The notes under the pieces were generated by a model. That model saw only the letters and a list, made by a program, of their open reading frames with translations, was not told the DNA's origin and did no database searches. DNA of 64,000 nt from Candidatus Omnitrophota bacterium (lineage in GTDB: Bacteria > Omnitrophota > Gorgyraeia > 1-14-0-20-64-10). The DNA is taken from contig JAMWCF010000002.1 in the NCBI GenBank assembly GCA_023818695.1, forward strand, positions 64,066-128,065, read 5' to 3'. Each line of letters starts with the position of its first letter. Position 1 is the stretch's first letter. Made by a program: the position numbers and the translations under genes. Below, in pieces: positions 45,700-54,254 of the stretch.

Positions 45700-46404
45700 A
45701 TGCAGCCAACCGCCCGCGTCATAGAGATCTTCTCCTCGATCCAGGGAGAAGGGGTTTACGTCGGCCACCCGCACCTCTTCGTCCGCTTCTGGAACTGCAA
45801 CATGACGTGCGGCTACTGCGACACCGACTACAAAGGCCCCTATGAGGAGTATTCGGTCCAGCAGCTTTCCTCGGAGGTGGAGCGGCTTCTGCTGGAGGAC
45901 GGGCCGTTCCAGGCGGTGAGTCTCACCGGCGGGGAGCCGCTGCTCTGGAAGGATTTCTTGAAGGCGTGGCTGCCGTGGCTGAAGAACAAGGGACAGCGGA
46001 CCTATCTGGAAACCAACGGGACGCTCCCGCAGGCCTTCGCGGAGGTTCTGCACTGGATCGACATCATCGCCATGGATTTCAAGCCGCCGAGCGCCACCTT
46101 TGACCGGGCTTACTGGAAGGAGCACGAGGAATTCCTGCGGCTGGCCTACCGGGCCCGGAAGGAAATTTTCGTGAAGATCATCGCCACCCGGCAGACGACG
46201 GATGTCGAGATGGAGTATTCTTTGCGGCTGATTGCCTCCGTTCATTCCCGCATCCCCGTTGTCCTGCAGCCGGTCACCCCCTGGGGGATCGTCTCCGAGG
46301 GCCCGTCCCCGGAGCAGATCCAGCGCTGGCAGTGGTGCGCCGGTTCGCTGCTCAAAGATGTCCGGGTGATTCCGCAGGTTCACCGGCTGCTAGGCGTTCG
46401 ATAA
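45700..46404 (+). CDS. queE: 7-carboxy-7-deazaguanine synthase (radical SAM)
   Basis: ATG at 45700 in ORF 45418..46404. [34 protein letters not shown]. Confidence 0.85.
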   Translation: MQPTARVIEIFSSIQGEGVYVGHPHLFVRFWNCNMTCGYCDTDYKGPYEEYSVQQLSSEVERLLLEDGPFQAVSLTGGEPLLWKDFLKAWLPWLKNKGQRTYLETNGTLPQAFAEVLHWIDIIAMDFKPPSATFDRAYWKEHEEFLRLAYRARKEIFVKIIATRQTTDVEMEYSLRLIASVHSRIPVVLQPVTPWGIVSEGPSPEQIQRWQWCAGSLLKDVRVIPQVHRLLGVR

Positions 46405-46418
46405 GAGGATTTTTCGCC

Positions 46419-47147
46419 ATGGCTCGTTTAGACGGACGTTCGCCCAACCAGATCAGACCGATCAAAATTTCGCGCGGCTACCTGAAATACGCGGAGGGAT
46501 CCTGCCTGATTGAGGCGGGACAGACCCGTGTGGTCTGCAGCGCCTCCGTCGAGGAGAAGGTCCCTCCGTTTCTGCTGGAGAAAAATTCCGGCTGGGTGAC
46601 GGCCGAGTACGGCATGCTGCCGAGATCGACCTTCAAGCGCAGTGCCCGGGAGGCCGTGAAGGGGTCGCAGGGCGGCCGGACCCAGGAGATCCAGCGGCTG
46701 ATCGGCAGGTCCTTGAGGGCGGTCGTCGACCTGGAGGCATTGGGCCAGCGCTCCATCCTGATCGACTGCGATGTGGTTCAGGCCGACGGCGGGACCCGGA
46801 CCGCCGCCATCACCGGTGCCTATGTAGCGCTTGTGGAGGCGCTGGACAGCTTGAGGCGCCAGGGGGCCTTTGTGAAGCTTCCGATCCGGGATCTGGTGGC
46901 GGCGACCAGCGTTGGTCTGGTGAAGGACCAGATCCTCCTGGATCTGACCTTTGACGAGGATTCCCGGGCGGAGGTCGACATGAACGTCGTTATGACCGGT
47001 TCCGGGCAGATCGTGGAGATCCAGGGGACCGGCGAGAGAGGACTTTTGAGCGAAGCCCAGATGCACCAGCTTTTCCAGATGGCGAAATCCGGCATCCAGG
47101 AGCTGATCGGCATCCAGCGGGACGCTTTGAAAGACGTCAGGTTGTGA
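46419..47147 (+). CDS. rph: Ribonuclease PH
   Basis: ATG at 46419. [38 protein letters not shown] and [19 protein letters not shown]. Confidence 0.9.
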   Translation: MARLDGRSPNQIRPIKISRGYLKYAEGSCLIEAGQTRVVCSASVEEKVPPFLLEKNSGWVTAEYGMLPRSTFKRSAREAVKGSQGGRTQEIQRLIGRSLRAVVDLEALGQRSILIDCDVVQADGGTRTAAITGAYVALVEALDSLRRQGAFVKLPIRDLVAATSVGLVKDQILLDLTFDEDSRAEVDMNVVMTGSGQIVEIQGTGERGLLSEAQMHQLFQMAKSGIQELIGIQRDALKDVRL

Positions 47148-47758
47148 TCACCCTTCTGCTGGCCACCCGCAACCGGCACAAGGTCAGGGAACTGCGCCAG
47201 TTGCTGCACGGTTTCCCCGTCCGTTTTCTGACCCTTGATCAGTTCAGCGGTTTTCCCCCCGTCAGGGAAGACGGGAAAACATTCCGTTCCAACGCCGTCA
47301 AGAAGGCGGTCGTGATCTCAAGGAAAACCATTCTGCCTGTTTTAGCCGAAGATTCCGGCCTGGAGGTCCGTGCTTTGGGCGGCCGGCCGGGAATACGCTC
47401 CGCCCGCTTCGCCGGATCGGACCAGGACGACCGGAAAAACAACGCCAAACTTCTGAAGCTTCTCGGCTCCACCCCCGCTTCCAGGCGGCAGGCCCGGTAT
47501 GTCTGCTGGATGGCGCTTGCCGTCGGGGGAAGGGTTGTCCGCGCTTTCCAGGGCCGGTGCGCCGGTTCCATCGCTTTCCAGCCCAGGGGCAGGGCCGGTT
47601 TCGGCTACGACCCTCTCTTCATCCCGGCCGGGTATAAAAAGACGATGGCCCAGCTGGGGATCCGCCTCAAGCACCGGATCAGCCATAGGGCTCGGGCTGC
47701 CGCCCGTTTGAAACGGTGGCTTCTTAAAACAGGTCTTTCAGGATGTCCTGCAGATTGA
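47144..47758 (+). CDS. rdgB: Non-canonical purine NTP pyrophosphatase (RdgB/HAM1)
   Basis: GTGA overlap with rph. [45 protein letters not shown] and SHRARA. Confidence 0.85.
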   Translation: MITLLLATRNRHKVRELRQLLHGFPVRFLTLDQFSGFPPVREDGKTFRSNAVKKAVVISRKTILPVLAEDSGLEVRALGGRPGIRSARFAGSDQDDRKNNAKLLKLLGSTPASRRQARYVCWMALAVGGRVVRAFQGRCAGSIAFQPRGRAGFGYDPLFIPAGYKKTMAQLGIRLKHRISHRARAAARLKRWLLKTGLSGCPAD

Positions 47759-50285
47759 AGATCTGCTCGTTTAATATCTGGGTCACCGGTTTTGAGACAA
47801 ACTTCCGCTGTGGGTTTTCCCAGGTGCCGGTGATCTGCACTTCCCCCACGAAGTAGCTGGTTCCTTTTGCCAGAACCTTTCCGATCTTGGATCTGGTCTC
47901 TTCGGGGATCAACTCCGGCGCGAAAGTGGGGATCACCCTGAATTCCACGGGGCTTCTGGGTCCATCCAGAAAGCCGGATTGTCCCCTCACGTTCAAGGTC
48001 ATTTGAGGAGAACTCAATTCCAAGTTGTTCGTCCCCAGGAAACCGTTTTCCACATTGAAATGCCCCTTCGCTTCTTGCAGAATGATCGATTTAAGGGTGG
48101 GCATCTTGAAGAGATCGGCGAACCCTCCCAGGAGAGGCAGTTCCGCAATCCGCCCCCCCTCGATCGTTATGTCCCCCTCGCCCGCGAGGTTTTTCAGGTC
48201 GGAAACGGTCCCGCTTCCCTGGTATTGGACCGACAGCTCTCCTCCGAGCTGACGTTCCTTCCACTCCAGGAGGTCGGCCAGGGTGTCCAGCTGGACCTTG
48301 TGCGCTTCCAGGCGGCCTGACCAGGGTATGCCCTTGCCCTCCGGGTTCATCAGCCCGTTGGTGTGGAGGGTTCCTCCGGCCAGGACCGCTTTGCCGTCCC
48401 ACTCCAGCTGTTTTCCCGGCTGGCGTTTCAGGTCAAGCGTGAGTTCCTGGAACGGCACCTTGTCGAACATAAGGGAAGGAGAGCGTGTCTGGATCTGGTA
48501 CCCGCACCGTTGCGGTTTTTTCAGGGGGCCCTCCAGCATCCACCGCGCCTCCACCGGGCCCTTGACCTTTCCGTCTGTCAGCCGGGCCGGCGGGGAGGGC
48601 AGGAGGGCGATCAGTTCCGCGGCGTCGGCCGAGATCTCGCCGTATAGAGTGGCCGCCGGCTCCTTTTCTTTTGAAATGACCCCCAGGACATTGAAGAGAC
48701 CCTCCCCCAGACGGCCGTTGAACCGGTCGATCCGGATCCGGCTCTCATCGATGGAGACGATCGAATCAAGCTCCAGCCGGTCCCATTCCAGGTGGGCTTC
48801 GATTGTCGGGTTGCGCAGGTCCTCCATCGAGCCGGAGAGAAGGAAAGGGATCCCCTTGTAGAGTCCCTGTCCGCCGGAGAGGATCACCTTGTTATTCCGG
48901 TACAGGATCTGCCCTTTGATCTGCGTGAGTGGTCCAACCTGCGGGATCCGGACCGTCGCCCCCTTGACGGCCCCCTTGACAGAGAGCTGAAGTGCCGGCT
49001 GCGGTAAGAGCGGTCCTTCCGTGGTCAGTTCCAATTCCACCGGTCCGTCCGGCTGGATCCGCTCCAACAGCTTTTCCTGATCGGGGAGGAAGGCGGCAAT
49101 CTCCTTTAGATCGAACCTAGTTGCGCAGGTGAACAGCGACATCCTGTCGGCATCGTGGCGGATGGAGCCGGTCAGCTCCACGGCCGATCCCGATGGCAGC
49201 CGGCCCTTCAGATTTTCAGTTTTAATCCCTTCGGCCGACAGATGAATGAGTCCGCTCAACCCCCGGAGCTCCTCGACGAGCGGCAGCGGCTTCAGAGAGA
49301 TTCCATTCAGACCGATCCGGCCCCGCCATGCTTTCCAGGGGGGCGTCTGCGCCGGCGGGGGAAACGTCCCATCCATGTCGATCCGCAGGTCTCCCGTTTC
49401 CTCCAGAGAGGAGATCGTCCGGTCCCTCCAGACGATGGGGGACGACAGCGGAACTTTTAATCGCAGGCCGCGCGTTTCCAGGATTCCCTGCATGGAGAAA
49501 GGGCCTTTTTTCGGACCGGTCGCCTGAAGCTGAAGCGCGATAGAGCCCCCGATCTCTTCAACCCGCTGGATTGTCCCCTTCGGGACCAGGCCGAGCAGGA
49601 AGCCGCTGTCCGCCACCGAATCGAGAGAAAGGGAGAGTCCGGCCGTTTTGAGATCGTAGCGGCCTTTGATTCGGAGATGGCTTTGCGGCTGCGATTCGAA
49701 CCGGGTGTCAACGGACCACTCGATCCCGGTGGGCAAGGCGGTTTGGATCTGCGCATCGAGCGGGTCGAAAACGACCTGAAGCGGCTGGCCGGTCCCGTCC
49801 ATATTTAACTCCAGGCGGCCTTTTTCAAAGAGGACCCTCGGGACCAGCACCTTCAACGGCCCCGGTTTCGCGCTTTTCCCGGACCGCGCCGGCATGAGGG
49901 ACTGGAAGTTCCATTGTTTTTCCTGGTTCTGGACCAGGCGGATTTTTGGTTCGGTCACCCGGATGGAGGGGATGATCACCTGCCTGCTCCTTAAAAGGGG
50001 CAGGTAAAGGGGCCGGCCGCTGATCCTCTCTACCTGCAGGAACGGCTCCCGCCCGAACCGGCCGTCTTCCGAGACGGAGACCCCCTCCAGGATAACCCCT
50101 CGCCACAGGTGCAAGGAGAGCCGCCGGATCTCAACGGTGCGCCCCAGCGCGTTGCTCAAGCTCTTCTGCGTCCAGCCCTTGATCTTGACCGGGATAAGGA
50201 CCTTGTTGGCGTACTCCATGGCGGCTATCCCCGCGCCAGCGGAGATGATGAGGAAAATGAGGACGATCTTCCAGGGTTTCTTCAT
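47724..50285 (-). CDS. AsmA-family (TamB/AsmA-like) membrane-anchored protein
   Basis: 853 aa with an N-terminal anchor (KIVLIFLIISAGAGIAA) followed by a long beta-rich body beginning LGRTVEIRRLSLHLWRGVILEGVSV. The 3' end overlaps rdgB convergently by 35 nt. Confidence 0.6.
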   Translation of the reverse strand: MKKPWKIVLIFLIISAGAGIAAMEYANKVLIPVKIKGWTQKSLSNALGRTVEIRRLSLHLWRGVILEGVSVSEDGRFGREPFLQVERISGRPLYLPLLRSRQVIIPSIRVTEPKIRLVQNQEKQWNFQSLMPARSGKSAKPGPLKVLVPRVLFEKGRLELNMDGTGQPLQVVFDPLDAQIQTALPTGIEWSVDTRFESQPQSHLRIKGRYDLKTAGLSLSLDSVADSGFLLGLVPKGTIQRVEEIGGSIALQLQATGPKKGPFSMQGILETRGLRLKVPLSSPIVWRDRTISSLEETGDLRIDMDGTFPPPAQTPPWKAWRGRIGLNGISLKPLPLVEELRGLSGLIHLSAEGIKTENLKGRLPSGSAVELTGSIRHDADRMSLFTCATRFDLKEIAAFLPDQEKLLERIQPDGPVELELTTEGPLLPQPALQLSVKGAVKGATVRIPQVGPLTQIKGQILYRNNKVILSGGQGLYKGIPFLLSGSMEDLRNPTIEAHLEWDRLELDSIVSIDESRIRIDRFNGRLGEGLFNVLGVISKEKEPAATLYGEISADAAELIALLPSPPARLTDGKVKGPVEARWMLEGPLKKPQRCGYQIQTRSPSLMFDKVPFQELTLDLKRQPGKQLEWDGKAVLAGGTLHTNGLMNPEGKGIPWSGRLEAHKVQLDTLADLLEWKERQLGGELSVQYQGSGTVSDLKNLAGEGDITIEGGRIAELPLLGGFADLFKMPTLKSIILQEAKGHFNVENGFLGTNNLELSSPQMTLNVRGQSGFLDGPRSPVEFRVIPTFAPELIPEETRSKIGKVLAKGTSYFVGEVQITGTWENPQRKFVSKPVTQILNEQIFNLQDILKDLF

Positions 50286-50372
50286 GGGATGGGATGACGT
50301 GAACCGGCTCTATTATATCTTTTAAACGGGTGGGTGACCGATTAGAATGGAGGATACGAATGCGAGCAAGCG

Positions 50373-50447
50373 CGGGGTGTAGCTCAGCTTGGCTAGAGCG
50401 CTTGCTTTGGGAGCAAGAGGTCCTGAGTTCAAATCTCAGCACCCCGA
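50373..50447 (+). tRNA. tRNA-Pro (anticodon TGG)
   Basis: CGGGGTG-TA-GCTC..GAGC-G-CTTGC-TTTGGGA-GCAAG-AGGTC-CTGAG-TTCAAAT-CTCAG-CACCCCG-A cloverleaf. Confidence 0.9.
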
Positions 50448-50473
50448 TAACTTCTCCTTAGAAAAGGGGGTAT

Positions 50474-50502
50474 ATCGGGGGGAATGTAAAATTCCCCCCG
50501 AT
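50474..50502. repeat. G-rich perfect hairpin ATCGGGGGGAAT-gtaaa-ATTCCCCCCGAT
   Basis: 12-bp perfect stem 27 nt after tRNA-Pro, preceded by TAACTTCTCCTTAGAAAAGGGGGTAT. The 3' arm shares AATTCCCCCCG with the tmRNA T-arm. Confidence 0.75.
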
Positions 50503-50534
50503 CGCACCGATAGCATTTGCCGGATGGGGGAGTC

Positions 50535-50569
50535 CTGAGGGGGAAACCAGGCAGCGGTTTTCCCCTCAG
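50535..50569. repeat. G-rich hairpin CTGAGGGGGAAACC-aggcagc-GGTTTTCCCCTCAG
   Basis: 14-bp stem with one G-T pair, located between tRNA-Pro and tRNA-Arg. Confidence 0.7.
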
Positions 50570-50619
50570 AATGAGCCGCGGCAGAAGTGGGCTTAACGGG
50601 CTGACAAAAGTGGCTCATT

Positions 50620-50693
50620 GCGCCCATAGCTCAATTGGATAGAGCAGGGGACTTCTAATCCTCAGGTTGGCCGTTCGATTCGGCCTGGGCGCG
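50620..50693 (+). tRNA. tRNA-Arg (anticodon TCT)
   Basis: GCGCCCA-TA-GCTC..GAGC-A-GGGGA-CTTCTAA-TCCTC-AGGTT-GGCCG-TTCGATT-CGGCC-TGGGCGC-G cloverleaf. Confidence 0.9.
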
Positions 50694-50722
50694 TGAAATT
50701 TTCATTCAAGGGTTCGGGAGAG

Positions 50723-51784
50723 ATGGAGAAAACGGCGAAAACAAAATCAAACTGGCTATTGATCTGGCTTCTCGCCGCCGTCGCGATCGCCGGCGGCTAC
50801 TTGGGCGGCACCGTGGTCCTGAAAGGGGAAATGGAGAAGTGGATCGCCGACGCGGTTGGCCGTCCGGTCCAGATTGACGTCCTGCAGGGGACCTTTCCAC
50901 CCGGTATCACCGCCAAGGGGATTACCCTGGCGCAAGAGCCCGATGCAGCCAACCTCCCCTTTGCGATTCATAAAGTGATAGCCCGGTTTTCCTTCCTGTC
51001 CCTTCTGCGCGGGCAGTTCGGGTTGGATGTGGAGCTGATTTCCCCGGTCATTTCCATGGAGCGTTCGTCGGATGGGACATGGCGCCTGCCGGTGAACGCC
51101 CGCTCGGCCGGAGGCGGACGGGGCGGTCTGCCGGTTGTCCGTTTGAGGGTACGCGACGCGGAGATCACGATTATTGACAAATTCGTCAGTCCGGAAGCCA
51201 TGTGGTTTTTCCGGAAGGTCAGCTTGAGTGCCAAAAGGGAGGCGGGCGGCCTGTACATGTACACCTTTTTGAGCGCTCTGGAGGGGTTGGACCGCCAGCC
51301 GGTCGGGCAGGTGGGGGTCACTGGATCGGTCTCTTTCAAGGAACAGGCCGCCGAAGCGCATTTGTCTGCGGATTACAGCGCCCTGGAGTTCCTGGCCCCT
51401 TACATACAGCTTGCCATCGGCGCCGCCCCGAGCCGGGGAACGTGCTCCATCAACAGCGCGATCACCGTGCGCGGAAGGGAATTTTCAGCCGACACGAAAT
51501 TCATCGGCAAGGGAATCCTCTTCGCGATGGAACAGCCGACCGCGCTGGGCCCCTCCGGCAACCGCCTTGTCGAGCTCCTGAAAGACAGGGAGGGCAGGGT
51601 GCACCTGACCTTCACGATCGCCGGCAAACTCGGCGAGCAGATGGACTGGTCCGGCCTGATCACGGGCACCGTCCGGGAAGCGATGCGTCAGGCGATGGCC
51701 AGATCGATCCAGAAAGTGCTGGGCAGCTCCGAGACCAACGTGGGCGAAAGCGTTCAAAAGGGCGTTGAATCCCTCGGAAGATAA
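50723..51784 (+). CDS. Membrane-anchored AsmA-like/DUF748-like protein (hypothetical)
   Basis: The ATG at 50723 avoids overlap with tRNA-Arg (the ORF opens at GTG 50693). N-terminal TM helix (WLLIWLLAAVAIAGGYLGG), then GRPVQIDVLQGTFPPGITAKGITL, similar to the start of AsmA-type proteins. Confidence 0.45.
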   Translation: MEKTAKTKSNWLLIWLLAAVAIAGGYLGGTVVLKGEMEKWIADAVGRPVQIDVLQGTFPPGITAKGITLAQEPDAANLPFAIHKVIARFSFLSLLRGQFGLDVELISPVISMERSSDGTWRLPVNARSAGGGRGGLPVVRLRVRDAEITIIDKFVSPEAMWFFRKVSLSAKREAGGLYMYTFLSALEGLDRQPVGQVGVTGSVSFKEQAAEAHLSADYSALEFLAPYIQLAIGAAPSRGTCSINSAITVRGREFSADTKFIGKGILFAMEQPTALGPSGNRLVELLKDREGRVHLTFTIAGKLGEQMDWSGLITGTVREAMRQAMARSIQKVLGSSETNVGESVQKGVESLGR

Positions 51785-51807
51785 CCTTCCTCTTAGAAAA
51801 AGGGGAT

Positions 51808-51836
51808 TTCGGGGGAAATGTAAAATTTCCCCCGAA
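51808..51836. repeat. G-rich perfect hairpin TTCGGGGGAAAT-gtaaa-ATTTCCCCCGAA
   Basis: 12-bp perfect stem with the same GTAAA loop and the same TAACCTTCCTCTTAGAAAAAGGGGAT leader as the copy at 50.47 kb. Lies 10 nt upstream of tRNA-His. Confidence 0.75.
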
Positions 51837-51846
51837 TAGTCCTCAT

Positions 51847-51921
51847 GGTGGGTGTAGCTCAGCTGGTTAGAGCACGAGATTGTGGATCTCGGGGTCGCGG
51901 GTTCGAGCCCCGTCACCCACC
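51847..51921 (+). tRNA. tRNA-His (anticodon GTG) with encoded G-1; CCA follows at 51922-51924
   Basis: G-GTGGGTG-TA-GCTC..GAGC-A-CGAGA-TTGTGGA-TCTCG-GGGTC-GCGGG-TTCGAGC-CCCGT-CACCCAC-C cloverleaf. Confidence 0.9.
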
Positions 51922-51931
51922 CCATCTATTA

Positions 51932-51976
51932 CCCTCATGCGAACCGTGCCACAAGGATTCGCATGAGGGCTTTTTT
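51932..51976 (+). terminator. Rho-independent terminator after tRNA-His
   Basis: CCCTCATGCGAA-(14-nt loop)-TTCGCATGAGGG (12-bp perfect stem) followed by CTTTTTTC. Confidence 0.7.
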
Positions 51977-52009
51977 CAGGGGGAGAGGGTGGAGTTTGCC
52001 CCCGCAGAC

Positions 52010-52540
52010 ATGCTCGCCTATGTCAGGCAGGTGCAGCGATATGCCTTTATGCAGCCCCGCACCTACTGGTGCGAGTTTCCGTTCTTTACGATGATCAGCG
52101 GCTTCCGGCAGCAGTTTCGCTTAGGCTCTCGCCCCGAGGATTTGTCTGACGTTGACACCATCGAGCAGAAAGCCTGGGAGAAGCATCAAGCCTATCTCAA
52201 CCGCCTGGAACGTCTGCCTCTTGAGAAGGCGGAATACTATCTCAGGTTGAAGGACGCGCACGGCGTCAATACAGTGAGAGGTCTTGCGAACATTACCGGC
52301 GAGGACTGGTCATACATCGCCAAAATTCTCAGAACCGTGGAGCTGCCTGAGCCAGTCAAGGGCTTCTTGCACAGCAACAAAACCGAGCCTGCCATCATCA
52401 GATTCTTCCACCTGCGCAGGCTTCTTGACATTGCCAGGCAGGGTGAAGAGCGGTTGCAGTTAGCCCGTTTCAGAGAGCTGATGGAGGAATTGGAGAACGG
52501 TGCCTCTCCTACGATGGAAGTGCTTGGGATTCAGGCCTGA
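52010..52540 (+). CDS. Hypothetical DNA-binding protein (ParB-like HTH region)
   Basis: ATG at 52010 in ORF 51845..52540; the ORF's 5' part overlaps tRNA-His. VRGLANITGEDWSYIAKILRTVELPEPVKGFL resembles the ParB/Spo0J HTH. First gene of the lower-GC segment. Confidence 0.4.
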   Translation: MLAYVRQVQRYAFMQPRTYWCEFPFFTMISGFRQQFRLGSRPEDLSDVDTIEQKAWEKHQAYLNRLERLPLEKAEYYLRLKDAHGVNTVRGLANITGEDWSYIAKILRTVELPEPVKGFLHSNKTEPAIIRFFHLRRLLDIARQGEERLQLARFRELMEELENGASPTMEVLGIQA

Positions 52541-52572
52541 GGGAGCGTAGAATATGCGAAAACCTTCCCGCC

Positions 52573-53127
52573 ATGCCAAGCTTGAAATGCACTCAGAAGC
52601 TCCTCAAGGTTATCGGCGTTCAGCCCGTTGCAGGGGTTGAGAGCTCAAGCCCTTCCGCGCTCTTGGGTGACTGGTATGCCAACCTTCTTGTGACTGCAAG
52701 GCAGAAGGTCCTCCTGTTCACGAACGAGCCCACCCTTTACTCCTTCGCCGTCCTCGGCGTCAGGAAGCCTGACTTGGACAGGATAGCGGAAGTATTCGTC
52801 GAGCATCTCCGGCTCAATCTGGCCCATGAGGAAATCCCTGCTCATGTGATAGCGAGGGTCGTGTCAGCCTATCGGGATATGACCATTACGAGGACAGACA
52901 ACAGAAGCGTACTCGGCTCGATGAACGATTTGGCTGAGATGCTTGAGCATTATGTGTTCGATGCCGGAGGGCCAGGAGCATGCAACATCTTGGAAATCAA
53001 CAAGCAGCTTAACCAATCGCCGCACAAACCCCTTGCCTGGAAATCTTCGGCTGAAGTGCTGCGTGAAAGGCTGCTCAGCGAGGTTTCCATTCCAGGCAGG
53101 CCAATCCGTCGGGTGTTTGTGAACTGA
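52573..53127 (+). CDS. Hypothetical protein
   Basis: 184-aa ORF with coding-like composition in the lower-GC segment. No family recognised. Confidence 0.45.
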   Translation: MPSLKCTQKLLKVIGVQPVAGVESSSPSALLGDWYANLLVTARQKVLLFTNEPTLYSFAVLGVRKPDLDRIAEVFVEHLRLNLAHEEIPAHVIARVVSAYRDMTITRTDNRSVLGSMNDLAEMLEHYVFDAGGPGACNILEINKQLNQSPHKPLAWKSSAEVLRERLLSEVSIPGRPIRRVFVN

Positions 53128-53154
53128 CACGCTGATTTTGTTTTCTGATACAAT
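53124..53154 (+). promoter_or_regulatory. Sigma-70-like promoter candidate (cTGACA ... TGaTACAAT)
   Basis: -35-like CTGACA (53124-53129) and extended -10 TGATACAAT (53146-53154), 37 nt upstream of the 53191 ATG. Motif match only. Confidence 0.25.
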
Positions 53155-53190
53155 ATGGAGTCATAAGGAATCGCAAGGAATTTAAAGAAG

Positions 53191-54054
53191 ATGTCTGTAG
53201 CAGTTGCTGTGAGAAAGCGAATCAAGAAAAAACCCGAATCTGAGAAGTACGAGTTTAAGGGTTCCTTCTTCGGAACAGACGCAGAATGGCTGAAGCTTAT
53301 TAAGACAATAGTGGCGATAGCGAATACATCTGGTGGAAGTCTGGAAGTAAAGACGACGAATGACGTAGATCTAAGACTGTTTGATGCTGCTCGAATAGAC
53401 GACAAAGTGAACGCCTATATCAGTCCGAGAATCCAGAATCTTACGACACGCACAAAGAACAGTGCAGTTATAATCGCGATTCCTAATTCTCCTTCCAAGC
53501 CCCACATTTTCATAAAGAGAGGTATGTATCAAAACCCAAAGCCTCCTCCTCAGCAGCTCCCGGAGTTCCATGAGGGGCAAATATGGGTGAGGCATTCTGG
53601 TAAGAACGAGTTGCTGACAAAGGACGATTTCGACCGCATCCTCAAAGAAAAATTGAATGAGTTTCTGGCAAGCATCAACATCATGGCAAGCCAGTTTCCC
53701 ATCAGCGCGAAGGAGCTGAAAGTTGTGGAAAGCACCGTAGACCCCAACGCTGTACCAATTCAGGTTAAGGAATCGGGAGAGGGCTTACCTGTATTGCTCA
53801 AGAAGGAGCGAGTTGACCCGAATCTTGACTATCCATACAACGCAAAAGAAATGGGGAAACTCCTCGGAAAGAGTCAGAATTTTATTGCATACACGGTGAA
53901 AAAGCTCGGGTTGAAAGGCGATATGAAGTACGCAGTTCAATTAAAGAATCCGCAAGGGAAAGTAGTGATGGTAAAGTACAGCAACGAGGCTCTGGTATTT
54001 TTGAAAAAGTTTCTGGCCGATAATCCGACGTTCAACCCCTACAAGCAGATATGA
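53191..54054 (+). CDS. AlbA_2 (Schlafen-type) putative DNA-binding domain protein
   Basis: ESEKYEFKGSFFG...LIKTIVAIANTSGGSLEV matches the N-terminal AlbA_2 pattern (E-x-LEFK ... AFANT-GG). Confidence 0.55.
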   Translation: MSVAVAVRKRIKKKPESEKYEFKGSFFGTDAEWLKLIKTIVAIANTSGGSLEVKTTNDVDLRLFDAARIDDKVNAYISPRIQNLTTRTKNSAVIIAIPNSPSKPHIFIKRGMYQNPKPPPQQLPEFHEGQIWVRHSGKNELLTKDDFDRILKEKLNEFLASINIMASQFPISAKELKVVESTVDPNAVPIQVKESGEGLPVLLKKERVDPNLDYPYNAKEMGKLLGKSQNFIAYTVKKLGLKGDMKYAVQLKNPQGKVVMVKYSNEALVFLKKFLADNPTFNPYKQI

Positions 54055-54233
54055 CGACGGTTGACCTGAGCCAATATCTTACTGTCAGAGAAGCTGCAAA
54101 GAAGCTTGATCTTACCGAGGAGAGAGTGCGAGAGCTCATCAATCTCAAGGAGATTCGCGCGACGAAAATCAAGAGATGGCGCATTGCTCCCGAGGATCTT
54201 GAGGAATTCGTGAGAAGCAGAAGGAATAAATAG
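54051..54233 (+). CDS. Excisionase-family helix-turn-helix DNA-binding protein
   Basis: 60 aa. LTVREAAKKLDLTEERVRELINLKEIRATKIKRWRIAPEDLEEFV (HTH_17/MerR-like). ATGA overlap with the upstream gene. Confidence 0.65.
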   Translation: MTTVDLSQYLTVREAAKKLDLTEERVRELINLKEIRATKIKRWRIAPEDLEEFVRSRRNK

Positions 54234-54254
54234 TGGTTTGCGATAGCTAGAGAG

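Noticed and set aside
51845-52009. The 5' part of ORF 51845..52540, which starts inside tRNA-His and reads through its terminator.
   Set aside because: It overlaps a well-folded tRNA and a strong terminator hairpin. An internal ATG at 52010 downstream of both is the more plausible start.
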